Shown here piece after piece: positions 50,173 through 64,000 of a stretch of DNA of 64,000 nucleotides. This DNA comes from Podarcis erhardii (Eukaryota): the NCBI GenBank assembly GCA_964252035.1, contig OZ176201.1; one strand, 5' to 3'. Each line of letters begins with the position of its first letter. The first letter of the stretch is position 1. The notes beneath the pieces are model-generated. The model saw only the letters and a program-made list of their open reading frames with translations, ran no database searches and had not been told where the DNA came from. A program made the position numbers and the translations under genes.

Positions 50173-53100
50173 GAGATTCAGTTTATTTAAGGGACTAGAA
50201 CCAAAACGTTTTCAGTACTTTTACACTGGCATAACTAGGTTGCAGGTTGAGCTGTCACTATTAATATTATCATCATTATTACTAGTTCAGGTCACGTATA
50301 TGACTGGATGAAACAGAATGCTGTGAAAAATCTGTTGTCAGGTGAACTAGGGCTATTGAAAGACCTAGACTATAAATTACTGAATGTTAAATGGGCTTCA
50401 TAAGGGGGGGGGAGCTGCAGAAGGGTTAATTGAAACCCAAATAGGTATGTAGTGTGCAGACAGACTATATCCCCAGGTGCTTGCTTTCCCTTTAGGTCTG
50501 CCCCTGCTCATGCTGTTACCTTCCATCCTTGAGAGATGTGTTGCAAAATTCCGCACAGCAGCTGGCTTTGCTTTTGGAACATTTTAATTTCCAGACTTAA
50601 AAAAAAGAATGCCATGCAGTAGACACCCCCTGCAATAAGATTTTTGCGTGCTCTATTCTCAATTTACATTTAAGAGATGGTTCTTCTTGCTTTGGTTAAA
50701 TGAATTATTTGCAGCACATGGCACTTTCCCTAAAGTGATCGTAAAAAGGCTTTTTCATATTTTGATATCTTTAAATCTGCTATATAAGATGTGAACCATT
50801 AGATAATGTGTTTTCTTATCATTCCAGGCAAAGAGCATCACAGTTAGAGTCAAATGGCAGCTATATAGGATTGTTATAAAGTCCTTGAGGGGTTTTACAT
50901 ATTAATAACATTTTACCTGTTCGAGTTAAGCTGAAATACTACAGCTTGTGTCACAAAGGGAGCATAAAAGCTGTCTTATGCTGTCTAGTCTAGAGAAATT
51001 AGTTGGATGGGATGGAGGATAGAACTGCTACGCTACTTCACAGCAGGTATTTTTGGCCTCCTCAATATTTGTTGGAAGGGGCCTGCCCCCCTCAATGATG
51101 ATGAAGATAGTGGTGATATTGACAAGACAGGTGGGGGAAACCCATGATGCAATGCGTGTCACAGTTTCAGTGGCCAGCTCCTCCAGAATGCTCAACTTCC
51201 TCCAGATCACATGATGTCTTGCATGCTTGACATCATACACACGTGACATGTCCTGGGCCCCCTCAGTTTTGGGGGCAACTTGGTACCTCTACACATTTGG
51301 TTGAAGCATTCCGTTTCTTCTTTTCATTTGTGTCTTTATCACATCTACATTAAATATCTACTGATAAACTATGTAAAAGGCTTGATGTGATTGTACACAT
51401 GATTTCCATCAATATTCTCTTTGTGCAATGTTTTACTGGTGTACACCAGGGCTGTATTTGCTTATTACGGGTAGAGGATATAAAAGAGCCTCGTTTGTAT
51501 TTGATTCAGACGTAAAAAATACAAATAAAATTAATTAAAAGTAATTTCTATTTCTATTAATTCAGATAACATAGTATTAATATTACTGAAATTATAAAAT
51601 TATTTCTTTCTGAATTATTTTGTTTTTGTTTTAATATTTGCACTGTATTTCTTGGCAGTTTTTGAAAGCTGAAACACTGCATCAAAGTTCGCGTGGGAAT
51701 GGGGAAGACATTTGGTCAGCTCTAAAACTGACAGGGAAGTTGTCCTCCACTTTGCACCAACAATGCATTTGTCTCATTTATACCGATAAGTCCCCCATCA
51801 TCTGATTAGTGCTCTTCTACATCCCCCACCTCAGAACCTTTCTCCCTGTTCCTTGCCCCTATATCAACTTTCTTGGAAATAGGGTACCAATCTTATGAGC
51901 AAAGGAACACAATGAAGAAGAGTTTTCTTTTTAAAAGCAAAAAAGCACTATATTTAACAAGAGACCTAAGACTGGTTCCCTATTTCCAGTCTTTTCAAAA
52001 CATGGCAGGTCAGATACCCAAAGGAAGTACTAGAATCCCTAAAATTGTCATGCATTTGAATGCAAAACTCCAAAGTTACACACGTTGTAAGTTCAAAGAA
52101 CATTTCAAAGGATTATAAGCAGACTAATTAATGATCTTTGGACCCCAGAATCCTAGTTCGGAGAATTTTAAAGGTGTTATTTTTTCCTAGTCTTTGACAT
52201 GGATGACTCTTGTCTGATCTTCTTGAAACATGGCAAGTGTTATGCCCCTATGGAGTAATATAATGTGTTCAATTTTCATGGTAGTTGAGCACAGAACTCC
52301 AAAGTTACAGGCAGCATTAATCTGGTTTAGACTCCATTGAATGTAATAGAAAGCTTATTGGAAGTCTCCCCATTTTAAATTGCATCTCAAATGGAGACTC
52401 TTTATCTAATCTCTCTTTAAAAAATTGCAGGTGTGATGCCCTGAAGTAATCTAAATCCTTCAAATGTAGTTCTAGTCAGCTTTGAAATGCCATGAATAAA
52501 AAAAAATGCTGTGTGTGTGTTCCCTTGAAAATAATGATGTCCAAAAAATGAATTCCAAATTAGCTAAATACAAGTGAAAGTTTTACAAAAGGAACAAATT
52601 TTTTAAAAAATATTTTTAAAGCCAAAATCACAAAAGGAAAACAATCATTTTCCCCAGTACACGTCTTTAAGATATATGTGCAGGTTTGCATTGACAAAAC
52701 AACGCCAAATCCAGTCCTGATGTGTTTGTATGTATAGTTGAGTCAATATGGATTTTGTTTGAGCACTTGTGTGCATTCCTAAAACAAAACACAAACTTCA
52801 TAGTTGTGTGTATGACCACATGAGCATTGCAGGGTAGCTTTCTAAAAAATGAATGTCTACGTGCATATTAGTAACAGTGGGGAATGCAAATGCCTGAAAT
52901 AACTTAGATGAATTGTTCATGCTTCCATTCTGAAATTAGTTATATATATTATCTTAATGGAATAAGAATTCAAGAGCAGTGGAGCACATGGCAGAGACCA
53001 CACATAGTAAAGGGATAGAACTGGGAAAATCTGCTCATCTCTAGGTAGGACATCCCTCCTGTTAAACTACTCTAAATCAGGTGTCTTCTCCTCAAAGCTC

Positions 53101-54191
53101 GTCTTCAAGTCAAAATGTTGTTCCATTACCTTCTAGTTAACAGAATATTCTGGATATTTGGAATTCCGCAAAATAGTTGGCTGTTTTGTGCAACTCTATC
53201 TTCTGTAATAGAGAATGAAAAATGGTGCTCTGCATTCATAAGGCCATTTGCTAGTTTGACAAAATGAACAAAATAATGTAAAATGTAAGCATTAACTATG
53301 ATTTGCAGCTGAGAGTACAGACAATATGTAATCATTTACTGTCTGAAATGGTATTTTGGAATGAGCTGGGATTACGCTTTTGTAAAATGCAAGATGTTTT
53401 CTAGCTTCATTAGAGCTCTGTGAGATTAACTAACTAGTTCACCAGATGCATCCCAGAAAATCTCTATGGGCTGTGCCCTATATTTGTAAGCTATTATGTG
53501 AAAACTATTATTAGGCTGGTTATTGGCAGAGTTATTATGAGAATGGAGATGGTTAGGGAATGCGGCTTTAAAACAGAGTGAACATATAGGCTAAGTATCC
53601 AGTTTGGTACATCATACCCCAAATGGAACCCATAATCAATGCAGGCAGTTTGTAGAGGAGAAATATGCAGCTTTACTTACTTACTTACTTACTTACTGCA
53701 GAGAATCCAGGGAGCTGCCCTGAAAGTTGTGTTTCTGTTGCAGCTATTTGCACAGCAAATTACGTTATCTAGGGATAGTTAGAAAGTACCTTCCCAATCT
53801 CCCAAGCCCATTCCTGTGATGATCAGAAGACAGTGGGCAATAGTCAGCTTTGTTTTACCTGGTGTATAACTACTGAAATTAATGGACCTAGCTTAGTCAA
53901 GGTTCATTCATTTCAATGGGTCAACTGTGAATAAAAGTTAGCTGACTAGCATCCACTTTCTACACAATCTGGTGCAGGAGGAAGAAATTCATAGGACTTT
54001 CAGGGGCACTTTGTGGGGTGGGAGAGTAATGGTTTTAACTGTGGGAAGTGGGAGAGTAATGGAGTCAGCTGTGGTGACTTCTCTGTGTTTTTCATTTTTA
54101 AACAAACAAAGTTTTTTATAATTAAAGTTAATGCTTTTCCAGACAGGTAGCCTTGGTAGTCTTTTGCTGTAAAAGCAACAAAGAATATTGT

Positions 54192-54262
54192 TTCCTGCTT
54201 GGCAGGGGGTTGGACTCGATGGCCCTTGTGGTCTCTTCCAACTCTATGATTCTATGATTCTA
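54192..54262 (+). mobile_element. CR1 extreme 3' end
   Basis: ggcagggggttggactcgatggcccttgtggtctcttccaactctatg followed by an (ATTCTATG)n tail, diagnostic of CR1. Confidence 0.85.
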
Positions 54263-55896
54263 TATTGTGGCAATTAAACGGCAAAACAGCCCAACTCAAA
54301 GCCATCTATGGCTGCAATTCTAACCATACCTACTCAAAAGTAATTCCCATGTAAGTGGCGTTAGACTTGCAGCCAAGCTTGATTTCACAGTTTAGTATAA
54401 ACTTGTCATCCTGCCTTAGGCATCAGGGTGGGACAATTTAGGACCCTGATGATACTTTGCTCTTTGTTTCCTGGATTGTATTGCTTACTCCTTCACTCAG
54501 CTGTAATGCTACTTAACCACATATAAGTCCTTTTTATTGTAACATTTTATTTCATAAATGCATATTTCATACAAAAAAATAGACATCTGTATGTGTCTAC
54601 TGAAACATAATACTCAAGCAAATGTGTGTTTCAAATGTGAAGATTTGGCTGGGAATGGGGCAAAACTTTTAAAGCAAATATTCAGGGGGTGGATGGTGAA
54701 AACTGAGCAGTCAAATTCAGATGTTTCTCTCTCCTTTCTCCCCCAAGAGCCTTGGACTTTAATGGAGGAGCACAGATAAAGTCTACAGATTACAAAAGAG
54801 ATGTGATAAGATATACTTCATGGGTTTTTTAAAGTCGCAAAAAGAAATGTATTAAGTCTCCAAAACATGTTTGTTCGTTTTTTAAGCTTTTTGTTGCAGA
54901 GCACTTGTATTTCTCTAAGACCTGTCCAGGGTCCTGAAATATCTATCGCTGACTGCTCTCATTCTCTGACTTGTTAAGTTGCTAAACAGTCACTGATGGC
55001 CCTTGTTGTTTGCTTGGACTGCTGCCCAGGGGCTTAGCCACATCAGGCAGTACAGGATAGTTGCTTATTTGTGCATGAGGCAAGATGCAAGTTTATTTGG
55101 TGGCCCAAATGTTAGCCGTACTGTACCTGAAATAAGCAAGAGGGAAAATGTTCTCCAATAATTTTTATCATGTATATGGGGTACTTCCCCTACCTATCTG
55201 TGTATATAATTAGTAAAATAATCAAGACATGTCTCTGTATCCTGAACACCAGAATGGGACTGGGAGACCATAGGGAGGCTTATTTTTGCACAGTCATTGG
55301 GTTTGCCTGCTTTCCATTTATAGCCTTTCATTCTGCAGTTAGATTGGGTCTAGTTTAGGTTCCGAAAGTTCGTGTATTTTCTTTTATTAGTATGACATGC
55401 ACCATGCAATGTAAGGCTGTGGTACCCAATTATAGCTGCTTTGCTCCAGCTGCACACCAGCAAGCATCTGCTAGACCTTAAAGGGGCTGCAAATGGCTTG
55501 CCTGGAATTACTCCAGTTCAGCAAAGCTGTATCTTGCTGCATTTGTGCTTTTCCCTTGAAGGGACATTGTGCATAGTCACCTCCTTTCCAGCCTCCACCC
55601 ACCCAAACACCCCAACTCTCTATAGTTGGTCTGAAATTCCACTTCTTTTGAAGCTGAACTGCCCTGAAATACATCTGCCATTAGCCTGACTGATCACACT
55701 GAGCTTCCAAGAGAGTCTGCTTTTGATCTGCACTGCTTTTGTTTTGCCCTCCAGAATCTTGTAGTGAGATAAGTTTTTCTCGTTGCTTACTTGCTTAGAT
55801 TACTTTCCTAAGGGGAATTTAAAACAAAATGTTCCAGCAAAAATGGTGATGCAGTCCTCTGAAATATTTAAGGGATGGAAGTTGAAAAAACATGGA

Positions 55897-55898
<2 letters not shown>

Positions 55899-55938
<40 letters not shown>
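55899..55938. repeat. (TG)n microsatellite
   Basis: Read directly. Confidence 0.95.
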
Positions 55939-55942
<4 letters not shown>

Positions 55943-57120
55943 GGAGGGGGAAGAACTTGAGCAATAAAACAGCTTTTCATCTTGTCTGTATCCCAGAATC
56001 CCTCTGGCTTTTTCCTTATGAGACCTTCTTACCAGCTTGATGGCAGTGTACTTTCTAATGGCACTTCCTTGTAGAAGTATTTCTCCTGGTGTGGGTTCAG
56101 GCAGAATGAATCTGTTAACATCTGTAGCCTCTCCGAGGATCAGTGCCCTGAGCTAGAAGGGTTTTGTTCCAGTTTTATTATGCAGTACTGTCCCTTGACT
56201 TTGAAAGTAGCTGGAAATATAAGCATCAAAGATTAAATGCATAGGAGCCTTGCCTTTCCCAACTCCCTGGGAATGGAAGGCTTTTAGAGGAGTGTTGAGC
56301 TGGCTTTTATCCTACCTCTGGCAATCTAAAGAGACTTGAAAGAGAGTTGACGAAGTAGAATCCTAAGCATTAACCTGCTTGTGTAACTTGTGTCTGTGCC
56401 ATTGGCCTTTTACATGGCTCTTCTCACTCTGTGGTGACATTAATTCTAGGGATCTTTGCTGCCACAAGCTGTGAGTTGGGCAGAAGCTGGAGCTCATGGG
56501 TTTCTCCCACCAGTCTTGCCAATAAAATCTTCATCAAATATCTTTAGTACATTTGATTTGACACTCCACTTTGCCAGGGAGTTCAAAAGTGTGTTTGGTC
56601 AAATAGGTCTTCTGTACTCTGTGTATCCCACAATTAGCAAATTGACATGAAGAGAGAAAAAGAAATGGGGACAAACTTACACTGCCTCCCTGATAAGCAG
56701 GCATGGACCTGTACTCTTAGGATTGTAGGAGAGCTGAAAAACCAAAGGCAGTTCTTCCACCTCATTCAGAGCTGCCAGGGTGGAACAGCAGGTGGAGGGG
56801 AGCTCTTACATTCCTCCACCCTTTCCTCTTTTCTTAATAGTGTAACAAAAAGGGGAAAACCCCAGGCAATGGGGGTAGGAGTGGGAGCAAGGAGCAACAT
56901 GACAGAGTAAGAGCTTAACATCCAAGGCACTTGGGACCTCTCAGGTCTTCCATCAGGGAGTTTCAATACAGAATGTTCAACCTCTTATTCTACTGTTTCC
57001 TCTTTCCTTCCACTGAGTACAAGAGACTTAACTTCTGTATTTGAAATTCTCTGATGGAGGATCTGAGAGGTCAAAAACACACTGGATATTCCTCCCCCCC
57101 CCCCATTACCCCTTTGCTGC

Positions 57121-57121
57121 T

Positions 57122-57186
<65 letters not shown>

Positions 57187-57198
57187 TTCCTTCCTTCC
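57121..57198. repeat. (TTTC)n microsatellite grading into (TTCC)
   Basis: Read directly. Confidence 0.95.
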
Positions 57199-60100
57199 TC
57201 AAGCAGCAACAAATCTGCCTCCCACTGGGCACAAAGGGAATAAGCTACAGCAGCTCTTGTAGTTTTCACAGTGTGTGTGTGTGTTTTTAAGGCATTGGAT
57301 CTTTCAGGTTCATTTGCCTGAATGATCCATTTTCAGCCTTACCAATGTTTATGCTCCAGCATCAGTAGGACAAGGGCCATAAATTTTCTACAGTGGTGGA
57401 GAGGTGGAATCTGATTTTGGATCCCTCTCTCCAAGATGCATCCCATGGTACTAATCCTAATGGACCACAGATGTGAAAGTCCCATGAGAGGATATGGAGG
57501 GTGTGGGAGTGAGATGGAGTACATGCTTTTCCAGATCATTTACAAGATACAAGAACTGAGAGTTTGAACTGTCAGAACTTTGGCTCCAGTTTTGGAAGAC
57601 GTTTTTGCATCCTAGGTTGCATGCAGAGGAAATGCTTCTGTTCTAAAATCTCATTTATTCACAACCGCAGAGCAATTTCCTTGAATATTATTGGTATAAT
57701 AGTGAACTCTGCAGGTTAATTGGAAACCCAATCTTTCAACCAGTCTGAACAGCTCAAATGAAAAAACATATTGCTCTCCTCCACAGTGGTAGCTTCCTGA
57801 GGAGGAAATAAAAGGGAAAGAAAGCAGATGCATCTTCATTTGCAGATTATTTACACTTTGGTGTGTAATGGTACCTCCTGAGGTACTTCAGTCTACTCCA
57901 TCAGTGCTTTTTCTTCACATAGATGCTAATCCCAAATACCAAACATCTTCCTGACAAGTCTCTGCTAATCCCCAGATAGGCACTGTGCTAATTTTCTAAA
58001 TGACAACGGCTTACTTATTTTAATTATGTCCCACTTAACTACATTATATGCTAAAAGTTTTGGTAAAATATAAAAGCTGTATTTTGCATAGCAGCCATTT
58101 TATAAGCCTTTCAGAACTAAAATGACAAAAACATTTAAAGAGTGCGTGCACCATACCCACACCCACACACCCTTACACCCCTACACCTACTCTTGGGAAT
58201 TGTGTGTATGTATGTTTACTGTTCACATTTACATTCCAAAGATTCACAAGTGGTGTCTTACATAGGCTTATATAGAAAGCTAAAGTGAGCAAGTCTCCCA
58301 GTACACTTCCATATATTCCCTTCCAAGGATCATGTGCAAAGAGAAAACATTAATTCACTCATTGAAGTGGATTTAGAAGATATGCTGAGATGTCCTAGAC
58401 CTTGTGAGCATGTAAAGAGCTGCTGACTGTATTGTACCCTTTGGTAATAGATATAAAGTTGCATTTTAACTGTAGGTCTCTAGCTGTCAGCTTACGTCTA
58501 AAGGGTAACTAGAGGTGAGTTATAACTTGCTAAAGAATGGTACCAGCATAATGTCAGAACAGATAGCATTTACTTTTGGAATAAAATGCACAGACATACA
58601 TTGCTCCTTAATTTCAATAGGATGGAGCTACAAACAATGGTGAAATGCCAAATGCTTAATTGCACTTAAGCAGTAAAAGTCACACTAATTTTAAAAAAAT
58701 GAAATGTCATTTCATATCAGAGTGATTCTCTGGAATAACCCCTGCCCACCAAGTCTTATGTACAAAGCAATGCAATGCCCCCATTGGATTCCACAGCAAT
58801 TTGATTTGTGATTCTGTGACCATAGGATGAACCATGATTGGGACATACCTGTGCTTCCCACTCATGAATTGAACATGTTTGATCATCTCTGACTCATTCA
58901 CTAGCACGATACACATACAGAATTAGTCATAAAATATAGTTGGGATTTCTGGGTTCCTAGCAGGTAGCTTCATCCCAAAGAGAATCTGACATAAATGAAC
59001 TCTGGAGCAAGCGTTGTTAAAGATGCAATTGTGCTTGACTTCATTATGTAGTGAAACTCTAATTGTGGCATGGAAATGAATGTTTGGAAAGGACAGAGTA
59101 GATAGAGCTAATTCATGATGCTATACATGGGGCCTGTGCTAATTGTGGGCAGATTTCTTACTTATACAGCTGACAAGATGTGCCATCACTTGCCAGTTGT
59201 ACAATTTCAGAGGCGCTGGGTGCCTTACTATTATCGAGTGTTTATATAAAGCACCACAGCAGGTTCAAATGCTGAAGATGCATCATTTGAAATGTAGACT
59301 TGCTCAAATTCTTAGCAGATACTGCAAGATACAGTAATGAAAGAGGAAAGGATACTAATCCCGCACCCCCCTAAATAAGAATATTTTGCCACAACACATT
59401 TAATTCAGCCAATCCTGAATTTAAGCAGAATGTCCACTCTAAATCATTCCCTTTTCCTCCCTGTAAAGAGCATGGTTTGTTAGGACAGCTGGTGTATATC
59501 TGGGTTTCTACATGCCATGTGGCCATTGTCAACTGTGCCAATAACATTGTGTCTACTAGTTATCATCTAAACAGTGACCCATGTTTACTCCAGCTGTTAA
59601 ACATTTGATCAGTCCTTAAGGAATAGTTGATAAACCACACGGGAAACTTTGAACCAATTTAGGTCATGCATCACAGATTTCTCTTCATTCCTTTCCCCAT
59701 CCATCTGTTGTCCTGGCACCATTTATTCCTGAAGCAAACAAGGGAAACTCCTAACCCATGAAAAGCAGTTTGTGCTGCACAAACTCCTGTTGCCTTTGAA
59801 CAGAGCCCATCTAAATAGCTTGATTCCAGATTTTTATTCATGTTTGTACACATTAGCTAAATTAACATTTAAGATGCTAGTCTTGCTATTAGAAGCAAAA
59901 TTCATTGGTTAACTCTAATTGGTTATTTTCTTTTAACAGTGGAGGTGGTGGTTTGATGCCCAGAAATTTTTGATGTGTATTTTTCTTCCAGGGTTGCACA
60001 TATATGGGCATTGCTGTGCAGCAGCCTCTCAGGGCTACATCTGTACTACACTCAGCCTTCCACCATAAAGCCCCCTTTAGATAGTGGGAGCTTCTGGTAG

Positions 60101-63100
60101 GAGCTCCTGGGACTGTTTCTCTCTTAGGGCCCTTCAAGGAATCACTGGGAGAGAATGGCCACTTCCGCCTTCTCCCAGGGGTCCGACTGTTGCAGCCCTT
60201 CGTGGATTGGCCACTGTCCCTGGCAGCTGTCACACACAATCTCAACCAGCCGTTGGGAATTTCCTCAGCTGGCTGAACTGCAGGGCAGGACTGCCTGCCA
60301 AAATTCTGTACTTAAATGAGCCAGTCAGGATCATCCCACTAGTGGGCAGAGCCTTGTGAGTTGGTTTCTCCTGCTCTGGTCCACCAGTGACACTGACTCC
60401 TTCAGCACAATCATCAGAAGAGCAAACTCTCCCATGCTCCTGCAATTTTACCCTTTTTGTTACATTCTAGGTCATTTGTTTTATCATGTATATTCACTAT
60501 AACTTGCTTCTCAGGTTTCTAGCTTAACCATATTTGTTTCCTAGGTTTCTTGTTTAACCATGTTTTTGCCTCCTTGTACCATCTGACCTTGCTCTGGTTG
60601 CTAATGGTTGCCATATCTGGAGCCAGGAAGGAATTTGCCTGCAGAGAGATTGGCCTATGTGGAGGTTTTGCCTTCTCCAAAGCAAAATGTCACAACTTTT
60701 GGTGGTTAAGGCATTAGGTGGAATCCTAGTCATCAACCTTTTGGGTGAAGTGGTGCATCACCCAGACCTTATCCAGTGGCGTATTCAGTGTACCCCATTA
60801 GAGGAGTCTTGATGCAAATCCCTGTCCAGAAGCCAAATGTGGGGTAGATGGGCCATAGAGCTTCCAGTGGCAGCCTAAGGATGGCCACGTCCATAGACTG
60901 CTATTTTGGGGAGCCCATAATCCTTGGCACAACACTGTTAAAAGCTTCAGCCCTCTGGCAGGAGGCTGGAATGGATATTCACCCAATGCCTGAGCAAAAC
61001 TCCACCTACAATTGGAATCAATAAGGTTGTGGCCATTTTTAATCCAGATTGTTGTCCGCTTGAGTTTGTTCAATAACACCATAGCTATAGCCACTCCATG
61101 AATGGCACTGGGGCCACAGTGTCCTGTGACTCTCCCATCTTGGGTTCTGCAGAATATCCCAGATTTTTTACACAGTCTGCATGTGCTAATGACACATCTT
61201 CGGATGTCATATACCTGTGCCGTAATGTATATGAGTATAAGAAAGCACACACACATCCCCACACACATACAAAATCAGTCTGGGGGAGGGACCTTTAACA
61301 CTAAAAAGCAAAGAAGTCTGAAGTGAAGAAGGCACAGCAGTTTGTTAAGACGTATGCCAGCACTGCCAAATTATGGGGGGTCTTGGGGGGGGCATTAAAA
61401 ACCTTGGGGACATATTGAGTCCACAAGCAGCTACTTCTGATATAAAAGATGGAAGTTAAAAGGAGAGCTTCCAATCACCTCTGGTATGCAAGAGAAGAGA
61501 AGAGTGAAAGGGGGCATATAAGCCTAAGGCTCAGTGTGACTAATTCACGGAGCAGGAAAACTCAATTTCCCATGGGAGCTTGTGTTGTTAATTTCAGAGT
61601 GCAGTGTTTCTGAGGGAAGCTTTGGGAGCCGTTTATTATGCATATATATATATATCTCCATAGAGCCACTTTAGCACAAGTACTGGAAGGGGTTACAACC
61701 TGGAACTAATAGCACATGAGGTGGCCAAAGGGCTGAGGATAGACATTTAGAGATAGCATTCTGAAATAGGTCTCAATATCAACATATAAAGTGGTAACTA
61801 AGTCCCATTGAAATCCACAAGAAAAATTAATGTGAGTTAATTTAATTAACCTTAAGTGTGACTCACATTCTCTGTATTGCACTATGTTCTATCTTGGGGG
61901 TTGGCAGATTTCAGGCTTGTAGGATCTACTTCATGTTTTACTAGAGCCTTAAGATCCACCAATGGCAGCCAGGTTGGGGAGGGGGGAGAAGAAAGATACA
62001 CAGACTTAGAATGAATCCCTGGGTTCTGAACTTTCTGAGTACCAAAAAACAATTTGAGTTTACATGGCTCCCACATATTTTTGTTTAGTCCTGGTTACTC
62101 TCCCCATCCTGCATTTCTTTGTGCCTTTCTTTAGATCTATTCCCTACCTATCTCCATTTTCTTCATTTAAACATTTCATCCACTTAGAGTCAGAAATTCC
62201 CGTCAATCTACTTCAGACCACCCAGAGAGCTATTAGTAGATCCCAATCAACCTTTGGGCAACCCCCTACTCAGTCTCTCTCCCTTTCACTCATATATCCA
62301 TGAATTAACTGTGTAATCCTCTAAATGTTGGCTTAAATATAAGTTTAGTAGACATCCTCAGAGTCCTTTGGAAAAAGCCCAGTGGTGGAAAGCAACGGCA
62401 GCACATTTTTAAGTAAACAAAAATCAAGCAGTGACATGCACTGAACAAAGTTAAATGCAAATATTTTGTTGTAGTAAATTTGGACTATGATTGCTTATGG
62501 TGGTATGCAATTATCTGGGTTGCTTCTATAGTCAAACAATAGGCACGCCAAATGTCAGTGCTCAAAGCCGGGAAGTTTATTATGAAAATAATTCTAATGA
62601 ATTAACATTTGCTGTGTGTTCTGACATGAGGCAAGCATGTTACTTTATTGTGCTGTGTTGTATTGTACCAAGCACAGCACAGTAACCTCAAAGAAGTTTC
62701 ACTGCATTCCTTCCAGTCAATAAAGCACTAACTTTAGTTTTAAAGAGACACCTGTTCAATTCTTTGCCTTGAAGAAAGCATGAGTTGTGATTTTTTTCTG
62801 TGGTGTTCAACAGTAGGGCCTTTCCTGGGGTGAGCAGAGGAACAGTCTAGTGCCTTGTTTACTGACCTTTAGACGGCAGATTAAGGTTGAACACCTTTGC
62901 AGATTTAATAGGGAATAACCCTCACTGAACACAATGGGTGACATTAAACCAGGCTATACACCATTGGATTTAATGAACATGATTAATTAGGTTCATCAAT
63001 TTTGATATGTTTACTCTGAATAAAACTTAATTGAATACCATCCAGTGAAAATTACAGAAAAATCATGACTGAAGAATGACTATTACACCTTAAGCCGTAT

Positions 63101-63126
63101 CACCTTGCATAACATATATTTTACAG

Positions 63127-63279
63127 GAGATTATGTGGTCATGGCAGTCTACTTTGATCTAAGCAGAAGGATGGGCTACTTCACCATTCAGACTTACATC
63201 CCTTGCACACTCATTGTAGTGCTATCTTGGGTCTCTTTCTGGATTAATAAGGATGCCGTCCCAGCCAGAACATCTTTGG
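63127..63279 (+). CDS. GABRG2: GABRG2 coding exon 7 (TM1 and start of TM2); gene continues beyond the window
   Basis: ttacag|GA GAT; reads (G)[50 protein letters not shown]; G|GTAGGT donor; 153 nt. Confidence 0.98.
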
Positions 63280-64000
63280 GTAGGTCATGGCTTCTCTTCT
63301 GTTTGTTTGTGTTCCTATACTGAATTATGACCATTCCCTGTGCACATGGATCCAAACTGTCAGGATCTGGGGCCAATTCATACATAAACTGGGCATCCCA
63401 CTGTGTGACTGGAATGCCTACTTTATTTCATGTTATTGTAGTGAACAAAATTATTTCCATGGTGTTTCAGTAGAATTAAAATGACCTTTAGAGAATCCCA
63501 GAGTGTTTCTAGGCCTAGTTTTTCCAGTTCATGAAATTGGGCCCTCTGCTTTGTCTATGGATACAGTAGCTCCGTGTCATGAAAACACAGCCAACATTTG
63601 ATACTTAGCAGGAGTAATAGAACAGTTGAAGCTGATGTAACTACATCCTTCTGTGCAACTGAAATGGAAAATCCAGCACTTTTAGTTCAATCACTGCTAT
63701 GCGCAAATGCTGCCCAGTGTGATAAACATTGCCATTTACAATATTGTGACACTCCTTATCCCTTGAAGCACACTCGAGTGAGATGTTTACATGGACCAGT
63801 GGTCCTACATAGATCTTAAGTGAAAGAGGCCTATTTGTAAGCTCAGTTAATCAATATCTGTAAACACTTTGGAGATGCCCGAGGAGAGAGGCAGCATAAT
63901 AATACCCCCAAGGGTATTATTATGATGCGTTGCTCACCTCATCCTGAAGCACTGAGACCTTTGCTTGCATTTCTCAGGGGAACCTCACAGTTTATTGGTT

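Noticed and set aside
63280-64000. Exon 8, the gamma-2L 24-nt exon and its NOVA YCAY enhancer
   Set aside because: No TM2/TM3 coding sequence (ITTVLTMTT) follows exon 7 in this window; these features lie downstream.

Overview
This is squamate genomic DNA, most likely a lacertid lizard, inferred from Sauria-type and other squamate SINEs. The only protein-coding gene I can support is GABRG2 (GABA-A receptor gamma-2 subunit) on the + strand. Coding exons 1-7 are present with canonical GT-AG junctions and a continuous frame: 9775-9881, 33938-34086, 35728-35795, 36974-37194, 38917-38999, 40200-40337, 63127-63279 (919 nt, 306 codons + 1 nt). The gene runs off the right edge after TM1 and the start of TM2. 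A CpG-island promoter and 5' UTR (~8620-10880) carries a perfect RFX X-box, two upstream ORFs, a G-run tract behind the exon-1 donor and degenerate RE1-like motifs. The rest is intronic or intergenic: SINEs, hAT and Tigger-like MITEs (many with intact TSDs, several nested), solo LTRs, CR1/L2 remnants, microsatellites and two ~140-N gaps. I found no convincing new biological system. The best leads are a cluster of substitutions on the gamma-2 principal face, the uORFs, candidate regulatory motifs and hairpin-forming repeats in the pre-mRNA. Comparisons to human GABRG2 and repeat family names are from memory, not database searches.
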